From positions 1 to 61,281 of IMG/VR virus record IMGVR_UViG_3300030098_004783: 61,281 nt of DNA, one strand, 5' to 3'. Numbering within the stretch: the stretch's first letter is position 1; every line of letters begins with the position of its first letter. This DNA comes from a virus. Taxonomy: Duplodnaviria; Caudoviricetes. Shown one piece after another: positions 39,758-46,673 of this stretch. A model generated the notes under the pieces. The model was given only the letters and a program-made list of their open reading frames with translations, was not told where the DNA came from and made no database searches. Position numbers and translations under genes: made by a program.

Positions 39758-41460
39758 AATTTCAATTTTGACGCTGCAAATCCTAAAAAAGGTGGACTTA
39801 CATCTTTTGATAGATGTAGAAGGGCTAGTCCCATACTATCGAGTAAATCAATAGTTCCACCTACAGGTTCTTTGAACTTTAAATAGTTAGAAGTGCCCTG
39901 GACCTTCTGAACTACTACTCCATCGTGCTCAAGAAGGAATTTTGTATAGAAAGGTTCGAGTTTTGGTACTTTCAGACGTCCGTCCATTATAATTTTACGA
40001 TAATTTTGTAACATATCGTGCTTATATGGTCCTGTCATCCAAACACCAAGTACTTCTTTCTTAGCTGCTGTTTCATTGGAGTATATCTTCACCGAAGGTA
40101 TTCTCCTAGGTTCTTTAGTTAAATCTGCTGTTATTTGTATACCTACTGCAGTAGCATCGGGGTAAATGCGGACTATCTTACCTTTATACGCGTGATATAT
40201 ACGCTTTATACGTTCTATAATAGGGTCATAGTCTCTTGTGCCTGATTCTGGGGGTGTGGGGGGTATTTCTTCCCAAAATACTAGACGTGCACGGTCCCCA
40301 GATACCTCAAACACCGTTATTTGCGTAGGATTTAACAATAATCCGTAGTCAATCCCCATAATATACTCTCGACCGGCCTCGGGATTGATATTTAACTCCC
40401 AAGTCTCCGTTGCACACTCCTGAAGAAACAGTTTAGGGAAGAATTTACCTGCAGATTTAGGGAATTCACCCATATTTTCCGCAACAAAGTCCTCATTAAG
40501 CATACAACACTTGTTACACTTCCATCCATCTATCTCTGCGTCTTCTGTTAATTCGCGCGGGGCACATAGTCCCTTCTTTAACACCCACTGACAGGGAATA
40601 TTTAGACGTTTAAAGCGGTTTTTTATATAGCTACGAGTAATCGCGCCTTGTTTTATGGCATCCCACACGTCAATGTGGTGAGTTCCGTACTCTTCTGGCT
40701 CATTCAAGTAGGCTTCCCATTCAATTTCTAACTCTGGGTTAGCTACAGTCTTTGGGGTTCCTACCATTATCATCTTCTTTTCAGTGTAAGTATCGGCCAT
40801 CATATCGTCAATAACTGTAGTTCTGACCTCTTTTGTAACTAATTCTATCTCGTCAACGATGAAAAGAGACCCCTTATTACCTCTTTTACTGTCTGCTTTC
40901 TGCGATTGCGCTAAATTACTAGCTACAACCTCTGATTCATTGAACCCAAAGCGGATATATTCCTTACCATAGGTACCTCTTTGTCCCATTTTAGCGCTGG
41001 GCTGCACATATGTCTCCATTAAGTAGTCGCAACGCTTTAAAGCCTTCCATATGTCCTCCATAATGAAAAGCTGGTCCTGGGTAGGAGCAAAAATTACTGC
41101 TCTAGTAGTCGCCTCTTTGCACATCTTCCAAAGAATATATGCACTGAGAACTGCACTTTTACCTATTTTACGAGGTTCAATAAATAAATTGACCTCTCTA
41201 GTCTCAAAAATAGCCACAGCCTCGCTCTGCCAAGGGGCAGGAAACATAGGCTTACGGTTATCAAGTCTCACATAAGCTACACAAAATATGTCAAAATCAA
41301 GCAATACACGCCTGTGAAACTCCTCATCTGTTGAAGATGACTCCGCAACATCTACGAACCTCTTAAATATCTCGTAATTGTGGTTAAATCGTATGTCTGT
41401 AGCGGAATCTTCCTCTAAAGTCTTCTTGGCTTCTACGAGAACTGTCGCCAAATCGAACAT
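39754..41460 (-). CDS. terL: Terminase large subunit
   Basis: PAPWQ, Walker A EPRKIGKS, Walker B LFIVDE, motif III MVGTP, nuclease GIDYG, YPDATAVG, DLLDS. Confidence 0.93.
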   Translation of the reverse strand: MFDLATVLVEAKKTLEEDSATDIRFNHNYEIFKRFVDVAESSSTDEEFHRRVLLDFDIFCVAYVRLDNRKPMFPAPWQSEAVAIFETREVNLFIEPRKIGKSAVLSAYILWKMCKEATTRAVIFAPTQDQLFIMEDIWKALKRCDYLMETYVQPSAKMGQRGTYGKEYIRFGFNESEVVASNLAQSQKADSKRGNKGSLFIVDEIELVTKEVRTTVIDDMMADTYTEKKMIMVGTPKTVANPELEIEWEAYLNEPEEYGTHHIDVWDAIKQGAITRSYIKNRFKRLNIPCQWVLKKGLCAPRELTEDAEIDGWKCNKCCMLNEDFVAENMGEFPKSAGKFFPKLFLQECATETWELNINPEAGREYIMGIDYGLLLNPTQITVFEVSGDRARLVFWEEIPPTPPESGTRDYDPIIERIKRIYHAYKGKIVRIYPDATAVGIQITADLTKEPRRIPSVKIYSNETAAKKEVLGVWMTGPYKHDMLQNYRKIIMDGRLKVPKLEPFYTKFLLEHDGVVVQKVQGTSNYLKFKEPVGGTIDLLDSMGLALLHLSKDVSPPFLGFAASKLKL

Positions 41461-41888
41461 TATGCTTCTTTAGCTAAATCTCGTATAAGTTTCTTAACGG
41501 TGCCCTGAGCTTTCTTTTCCGTGTGGTCAAAATTGCTTAGGATAACCTGTACTAGAATTTCATTCTTCAGATGCTTCTCAGCCTCTGTAGAAAGCTTTTC
41601 TCGCATTTTGGGCGTTAGGTTCTTTTCAATAAGTTCCATTATCTCTGCTTCGTGCTTACTTAAAAGCTTAGACGCATAAACATCTACGAACATCTTGAAA
41701 GCAGGAACTTTGTAGTAAGCTACAGCCCCTGCACCAACGACTACCAAAAGAAGACCTATAAGTACTGGCGAACCTATGAGAACGTCAAGGAGTCCCTCTA
41801 GCATACCTTCAGAATCAGTTCCTGAAGTCATATTTCCTGTCTCATTGGTTGCAGTCACGTTACTATCTGCTGTTGTATTATTTGTCAT
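41460..41888 (-). CDS. Single-pass membrane protein with sequon-rich N-terminus
   Basis: NNT, NTT, NVT, NET and NMT in the first 21 aa; TM VLIGLLLVVVGAGAVAYY. Confidence 0.7.
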   Translation of the reverse strand: MTNNTTADSNVTATNETGNMTSGTDSEGMLEGLLDVLIGSPVLIGLLLVVVGAGAVAYYKVPAFKMFVDVYASKLLSKHEAEIMELIEKNLTPKMREKLSTEAEKHLKNEILVQVILSNFDHTEKKAQGTVKKLIRDLAKEA

Positions 41889-42354
41889 TTTCTTCTACCT
41901 CTATGTCTATTATTTCTGGTTGTTTCTTCCACGTTACGTCTAAGTCACCATCTTCGCCTTTAAGCTCCTTTAGAAGGTCTCTAGCAGCTCCAATACTGTC
42001 CTGTACTATAGTGGTATTACGTGCACGTTGTAAGTAATTGAGTACGTACTCATTCATTTTTCGCATACGTTCGTTAGTCGTTTCAAAATTAAGAAGTTCG
42101 TCTATGCTCTTATCATACGACCAAGAATCATAACGTTCTAATTGCATTAACATTGCAGCAACGCGGCTGGTTTCGATAATGTTCAAAGATAAGCCAGGGT
42201 CCTGGTCAAGTTCGCATAAGTAAAACTTATAGCGCTCATAATCTTCAGGAACTTGTTTAATTTTCTCTACTAACGACAATGGATTGTCCATTGTAAGTGC
42301 GTTAACAATCTTGTACTTTTTCAAACCGTGCTCTTTGTTAGGCATAGCTACCAT
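41878..42354 (-). CDS. Probable terminase small subunit
   Basis: First gene of the late operon; helical; N-terminal NKEHGL; C-terminal EIIDIEVEE. Confidence 0.5.
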   Translation of the reverse strand: MVAMPNKEHGLKKYKIVNALTMDNPLSLVEKIKQVPEDYERYKFYLCELDQDPGLSLNIIETSRVAAMLMQLERYDSWSYDKSIDELLNFETTNERMRKMNEYVLNYLQRARNTTIVQDSIGAARDLLKELKGEDGDLDVTWKKQPEIIDIEVEENDK

Positions 42355-42549
42355 ATATATATATTTGGAACTATATAAGTCTATTGGTATATGTCCTATT
42401 ATATCTATCTCATATGTTTGTTATCTATACAAAACAGGTTTGAAAATTTTTACTCGCCTCTGAACTCACCTATGTACGTGAAATGAAGGTTATCGAGGAC
42501 CGATGGAACGCGGGCATAACAAGAAGAGTATCAACAAATTTTTTGCTAA

Positions 42550-42579
42550 GTGGGTTTTGTTTCCCTCACAGAAACCCAC
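42550..42579. repeat. Inverted repeat in the divergent intergenic region
   Basis: GTGGGTTTTGT ... ACAGAAACCCAC. Confidence 0.5.
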
Positions 42580-42599
42580 GTTCTAAGCACGGATTAAGT

Positions 42600-42613
42600 T
42601 AAAATCTTTATAA
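42600..42613 (+). promoter_or_regulatory. Archaeal BRE-TATA promoter of the first early operon
   Basis: AAAATC-TTTATAA about 25 nt upstream of the start of a structured leader. Confidence 0.55.
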
Positions 42614-42631
42614 GCAGTTAGCTACTGTGGA

Positions 42632-42757
42632 TATAGCGAAAGCAGATGGCCCCATTCGGAGAATGGAGCAGTAAGTAAAGGGCATCAAAATGAGTCCCTC
42701 GAACACGGCCATACCCTCAGACCAAAAATGATTAAAGACATTGGGCTTTCGACTATA
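42632..42757 (+). ncRNA. Putative multibranched 5' leader RNA
   Basis: Nested pairings TATAGCGAAAGC/GCTTTCG(A)CTATA, ATGGCC/GGCCAT, CCATTC/GAATGG, AATG/CATT; ends 4 nt before GGAGG. Confidence 0.55.
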
Positions 42758-42774
42758 GAACGGAGGAAAACCAT

Positions 42775-43182
42775 ATGACCAAAAGTCTACAAGCAGAAGT
42801 CAAGAAGTTAACTAAAGAACTTAATATTCTTAAGGGAAAAGTTAACAATCTTGAGGGACACGTTGAAGCTCACGGTAAGACCCTTGAGGGGGACTTTATG
42901 AGAGCTGACAAAAACGTGAAGAAGAGAGGCCGTAAAAGTAAGAAGTCATCGTCTAAAAAACGTGTGATGGATACTGATGGCCTCTACTGTTGCACTAAGT
43001 GTAAGTTAGATGATTATTCATCTGACAAGTGGAAGAAGAAATTCGTTGGTAATATTCGAGTCTTTAGGGGCAAGAATTCCAAAAAGAATGCTTCAGAACA
43101 TCACTCTTTGCAAAAGGGCGCTGGCAAAGTCGGACATACAGCCAAACTGTATTCCACTGTGTTGGCCAAGCAGAAGAAATAA
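42775..43182 (+). CDS. Early protein: coiled coil, basic linker and possible Cys/His zinc site
   Basis: GGAGG RBS; heptad N-terminus; YCCTKC...HH...H. Confidence 0.75.
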   Translation: MTKSLQAEVKKLTKELNILKGKVNNLEGHVEAHGKTLEGDFMRADKNVKKRGRKSKKSSSKKRVMDTDGLYCCTKCKLDDYSSDKWKKKFVGNIRVFRGKNSKKNASEHHSLQKGAGKVGHTAKLYSTVLAKQKK

Positions 43183-43269
43183 ATAAGTAATTATTTGTTT
43201 CCATAAGTCAAGCCTGTGAAACTAACAACATCCCCATATCAGAAATGATTAACTGAGGATGAGGCACGG

Positions 43270-43299
43270 TATCCTGAGGCAAGATGTAAAACTGCCTCA
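43270..43299 (+). ncRNA. Compact H-type pseudoknot motif, copy 1
   Basis: TATC-CT-GAGGCA-A-GATG-TAAAAC-TGCCTC. Confidence 0.6.
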
Positions 43300-43347
43300 C
43301 ATCCGCTCATAGTCTTATGCTCCGGCATAGACGGGTAGGAAAAAAAA

Positions 43348-43527
43348 ATGTCAGAAGAAACAACATTTTGTCCTATATGTGGTAGTGAAAAAATATCACG
43401 TTTAGGAGGGCTTGATTCAGTTGGATTTTATTTCGATAAATTCCAATGTAGGACCTGTGGCTATAAGATGGAGGGCCACAAAGTGTATCTATCCTCGATA
43501 GATATAGAGACGGAGTTGATAAAATGA
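43348..43527 (+). CDS. 59-aa zinc-ribbon protein (not in ORF track)
   Basis: MSEETTFCPICGS...FQCRTCGY; ATGA coupling to the next gene. Confidence 0.75.
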   Translation: MSEETTFCPICGSEKISRLGGLDSVGFYFDKFQCRTCGYKMEGHKVYLSSIDIETELIK

Positions 43528-43760
43528 AAAGAGGACTAAGAAAATATGTATTACCTGACGGCAAAGTATATTATCTAAACAATGATTACAAGACCGGCGG
43601 AAAATACGAAACCAAAAATGGAAGACCAATATACGATGTTCTTCACAGATTCGAGGACGGAAAGAATGTAGAATACTTCAAAAAGGCCAAAGAAGTGACT
43701 GCTTGGAGAACATTCAACGTGAAAGACATCAAGGGCAAACTATTGGAGTTAGACGAATGA
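43524..43760 (+). CDS. Hypothetical protein
   Basis: GGAG RBS; ATGA overlaps at both ends. Confidence 0.7.
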   Translation: MKRGLRKYVLPDGKVYYLNNDYKTGGKYETKNGRPIYDVLHRFEDGKNVEYFKKAKEVTAWRTFNVKDIKGKLLELDE

Positions 43761-43933
43761 GAAGAAGACATATGCCTAGGCCAGTGATACCACATACTAT
43801 GAAAGCTCAACAGCAGACAGTATGTGGTTGGAATCTATCTGCACACGAATATGCTGCCACTCAGAATAGAAAGTGGCGACACGTGAACTGCAAGAGATGC
43901 TTGGATATGAGAGACAAAGGGGGTGAAGACTAG
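43757..43933 (+). CDS. 58-aa H..CG..CxxC zinc-finger protein (start revised)
   Basis: MRRRHMP...H...TVCG...VNCKRC; ATGA overlap. Confidence 0.65.
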   Translation: MRRRHMPRPVIPHTMKAQQQTVCGWNLSAHEYAATQNRKWRHVNCKRCLDMRDKGGED

Positions 43934-44107
43934 GTAGGCCATCGGGCCCTCCGTTCTGTAGTTACTTATTTTTATCCATAGCCTATTGCACACCCACTCG
44001 CGCGCCCGCGCGCCTGCGCGCAGGGCCTTGACGATAAAAAGTCTCCTACGTGAGACCTCCCGCACACTTGCGTCAGGAACTCGCATTCGGGAATCACTCC
44101 AAGCTCA

Positions 44108-44165
44108 CGGAGGTGTAGACACACGTGGCCTTGACGTCGTCTATTCCAAAGCTTTATATAGAACC
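44108..44165 (+). promoter_or_regulatory. Strong early promoter, copy 1 (upstream palindrome, BRE and TATA)
   Basis: CGGAGGTGTAGACACAC...CTATTCCAAAGCTTTATATAGAACC; 51/58 identical to 45368..45425. Confidence 0.8.
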
Positions 44166-44183
44166 GTCGTTTCTGTGCTGACG

Positions 44184-44807
44184 GTGACAAATGTGAAAAC
44201 GAACACAGACACACAGAAGCTTGAGCACATACCTACACGTATGCTCAAAGCCGAGCTTGAACGTCGTGATAACGGCAGAACATACGCAGACGTATACGAA
44301 CGTTGCGGAGTTAGTGACGAGCATAAAGACCTGTTCGACGAGGTCGTATATGCGATATGCACAGAGGGAAAGACCATCACGGAGGTTTCCACACCTACCC
44401 GTGCAGGGTTCATACACGGTAATGCGAAGAATTGGGTTCGCAACGCAGGAAACCTACGTGGGTTCAGGGAACTTTGTGGTTCCCACACACCTACGGATTC
44501 GACCACATTCGAAGCACAACCTATGTCCGTGCCTGAGAACGTATGCAGAACCTACCTCGAGTCACGTAGGAAGGCAGGAAACGGCTTTACGACCACAATG
44601 ACGATGGTCGAGACAGGCACGTATAAGGGCAATCCCTTTGGGATTGTGCAGAATACGAACAGCAAACGCTGGGTTATCGGACAGGTGACTAAGCTCGACA
44701 AGGTCGTAGCCATACCTATGACACGTGGAGCCTACAAAAACGTAGACAAGGAGACCAAAGGTCAACGTATGGTATGCGAAATACCTGTGTTCGACCCTCA
44801 AGGTTAA
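44184..44807 (+). CDS. Hypothetical early protein, probably leaderless (start revised to GTG 44184)
   Basis: In-frame GTG 31 nt after the first T of the TATA; the upstream part of the track ORF crosses promoter and GC-repeat sequence. Confidence 0.7.
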   Translation: MTNVKTNTDTQKLEHIPTRMLKAELERRDNGRTYADVYERCGVSDEHKDLFDEVVYAICTEGKTITEVSTPTRAGFIHGNAKNWVRNAGNLRGFRELCGSHTPTDSTTFEAQPMSVPENVCRTYLESRRKAGNGFTTTMTMVETGTYKGNPFGIVQNTNSKRWVIGQVTKLDKVVAIPMTRGAYKNVDKETKGQRMVCEIPVFDPQG

Positions 44808-44821
44808 GCACACACACCTAA

Positions 44822-44849
44822 CTACCTGAGCACGTAGGGAAACTGCTCA
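44822..44849 (+). ncRNA. Compact H-type pseudoknot motif, copy 2
   Basis: CTAC-CT-GAGCA-C-GTAG-GGAAAC-TGCTC; starts 15 nt after the stop codon. Confidence 0.6.
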
Positions 44850-44875
44850 CTACGTTCATAGACGTGCGTAGGGGC

Positions 44876-44900
44876 GGGGCGAAGCCCCTTATTATCTTTT
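44876..44900 (+). terminator. Hairpin plus T-rich tract, probable terminator
   Basis: GGGGC-GAA-GCCCC followed by TTATTATCTTTT. Confidence 0.5.
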
Positions 44901-44904
44901 ATCC

Positions 44905-45367
44905 ATACGTGCGTAGGGTGTCACACGCGCCTACGCGCGTAGATTTCATCATCAGCAGGGCCTACGTGCGTATACGTGCGTATGTGAACGTAAAGAGGCT
45001 CTCTCGTCTACGTGCGTATACGTATGTATGCGAACGTTAGTGCTGGGGGTCAGATGTTCTTATACGTGCGGACGGATATTAGAGAGAATAAGTGCTGTTG
45101 CTGATACGTATACGTATATTACGTATGTATATACATATATGAACATATACGAACATCTACGTATAAGAACATCTACGAACGTATGAGAGAGAGAGGGGCT
45201 ATACACATACGTATGAGAACATAGAACATATATGTATATATATATACGTAGAAGTATGTCCTCTAATAACACAGATGCTATGTGTTTATAGCGTGGGTCT
45301 CGTGCGTGTGTGTCGCGGGTGTGACGTGCGGGTGATGTGGGGGTGTGTGTGGGGGTGTGTCACGGGT
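44905..45367. repeat. Non-coding low-complexity tract of alternating purine-pyrimidine repeats ending in a G-rich segment
   Basis: Repeated TACGTGCGTA, TATACGTA and GAACAT units, (TA)n, then GGG/GGGGG runs separated by GT repeats. Confidence 0.75.
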
Positions 45368-45425
45368 CGGAGGTGTAGACACACACGGCTTCAACATCCT
45401 CTATTCCAAAGCTTTATATAGAACC
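45368..45425 (+). promoter_or_regulatory. Strong early promoter, copy 2
   Basis: Direct repeat of 44108..44165, 1260 bp downstream; ATG 33 nt after the first T of the TATA. Confidence 0.8.
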
Positions 45426-45445
45426 CCAACTCTGAGCTTGGTAAG

Positions 45446-45910
45446 ATGTTTCGAAGTGAAGCGTTGAGGGATATCTCATCCCCGTGTGAGCAAGTCGGTG
45501 ACACTCTCCCTGAGTGTGCACGGGCTACGGCAGGGTCTCCTCACCCTGTCCGCCCATTCAGTTGGGCAATCGCCGAACAATACGCATTGTCTACGGATGA
45601 TGTGTTAGCGTGGCGAAGTGCGTGGTGTTCGTATAGGAATGCGTATAACCACGAAGAACCAGCCGTGCCAAACGAGGAGTTGGCAACGTATTCACGTGAG
45701 TCCCCATATCACGTGCAACATATACGTATGGCAGGAAAGTATGCGGATTCGATGGGCAACTATCACAAGGCCTACGCAAGTGACAGGACATCGAACCCAC
45801 TTGACCTCACAAACGCATCACTACGTGACTTCACGATAGCGATGGCGAAGGATGATAAGGCAGGTATCCTACGTGCCTTTGAGTATGCAGGATGGGACAC
45901 AAAGGAGTGA
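45446..45910 (+). CDS. Hypothetical early protein (probably leaderless)
   Basis: ATG at the expected distance from the TATA; first gene of a coupled series. Confidence 0.7.
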   Translation: MFRSEALRDISSPCEQVGDTLPECARATAGSPHPVRPFSWAIAEQYALSTDDVLAWRSAWCSYRNAYNHEEPAVPNEELATYSRESPYHVQHIRMAGKYADSMGNYHKAYASDRTSNPLDLTNASLRDFTIAMAKDDKAGILRAFEYAGWDTKE

Positions 45911-45914
45911 AAAT

Positions 45915-46214
45915 ATGAACACAAACACAGACATAGATATGAGCATAGATGACGACTTCTACGGAGACGTAGATTTAACACAGGAAGAACGTGATATGAT
46001 ATACGAGGACAGCCTCGTAGGACGTGCGTATGATGAGCATCAGGATTGGAAGGATGAAGAATCCCTACGTGAGTTCTGCAAACCATACGTAAATTGGGCA
46101 AACGATTGGCACAACACAGGCAAGGCTTGGCTACACAATACACGTATGCAAGTTCGTGCCGACAAAGTGAACGAAGCAAAGGCCATACGCAAGTTATTCG
46201 GATGTGACCTATGA
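45915..46214 (+). CDS. Hypothetical acidic protein (start revised to MNTNTD)
   Basis: AAGGAGTG RBS. Confidence 0.7.
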   Translation: MNTNTDIDMSIDDDFYGDVDLTQEERDMIYEDSLVGRAYDEHQDWKDEESLREFCKPYVNWANDWHNTGKAWLHNTRMQVRADKVNEAKAIRKLFGCDL

Positions 46215-46426
46215 GCTGGATTGAGGTCACCGTGCGTTTGCACGAAGATGAGGTGAAGCTACTTCCTATGTGCCTGACTGACGATGGCACGTATGAGGGA
46301 ACATTGGCGAACGGTATAATCGCACAGGTTATACGTGGGGCTAAGAAGGTGAACCCCAAAGGAGAGCTTGTGTATTCATACGTATACGATAGGGTCTACG
46401 AACATCTGGAGGATGAGAAAGAATGA
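46211..46426 (+). CDS. Hypothetical protein
   Basis: ATGA overlaps at both ends. Confidence 0.65.
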   Translation: MSWIEVTVRLHEDEVKLLPMCLTDDGTYEGTLANGIIAQVIRGAKKVNPKGELVYSYVYDRVYEHLEDEKE

Positions 46427-46596
46427 GCAGACGTAGGTCAGGTGCACGGACACCATACGAGAACTACGAGCTACCCAAGTCCAGCGAGAAGGGGGAACCC
46501 TTCATCGATTGGAACGAAGTCATCAAAAACGTGCGATTAAACCCACGTGGGAAACCTGTGCGTGTGATACGCAAAAAGAAGGGGGCCAAAAATTGA
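46423..46596 (+). CDS. 57-aa basic protein (not in ORF track)
   Basis: MSRRRSGARTPYENYELPK...IRKKKGAKN; GGAGG upstream and ATGA overlap. Confidence 0.65.
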   Translation: MSRRRSGARTPYENYELPKSSEKGEPFIDWNEVIKNVRLNPRGKPVRVIRKKKGAKN

Positions 46597-46605
46597 GATG
46601 TTTAC

Positions 46606-46649
46606 GGTTAATTCAAACCTCTTCACAAAGTGAAGAGTTTGAATGAACC
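46606..46649. other. Long hairpin upstream of the amidoligase gene
   Basis: ATTCAAA(C)CTCTTCAC-AAA-GTGAAGAG-TTTGAAT, flanked by GGTT/AACC. Confidence 0.6.
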
Positions 46650-46673
46650 TAACCAAAACCAAATGGAGAAAAT

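Noticed and set aside
4656-42037. Many short plus-strand ORFs inside the morphogenesis operon (and minus-strand ORFs inside 43-61 kb)
   Set aside because: Antisense shadows of long coupled genes, with no RBS or coherent motifs
43200-43310. Hammerhead ribozyme (CTGAGGA and GAAAC present)
   Set aside because: I could not arrange the conserved core with stems I-III in any permutation; the pseudoknot model fits better
42355-43350. tRNA genes in the intergenic regions
   Set aside because: No cloverleaf with a properly placed T-loop (GTTCRA) and acceptor stem was found
43972-43980. DnaA box (TTATCCATA, also near 44899)
   Set aside because: One mismatch from TTATCCACA, isolated copies and an archaeal context; kept only as part of the repeated end-of-unit signature
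43986-44183. N-terminal extension of the 273-aa ORF from TTG 43986
   Set aside because: It runs through CG repeats and the repeated promoter; GTG 44184 fits promoter spacing
44905-45367. Mini-CRISPR array or protein-coding ORF (45060..45272 -) in the low-complexity tract
   Set aside because: The repeats are short, degenerate and irregularly spaced with no unique spacers; the ORF simply translates the dinucleotide repeats
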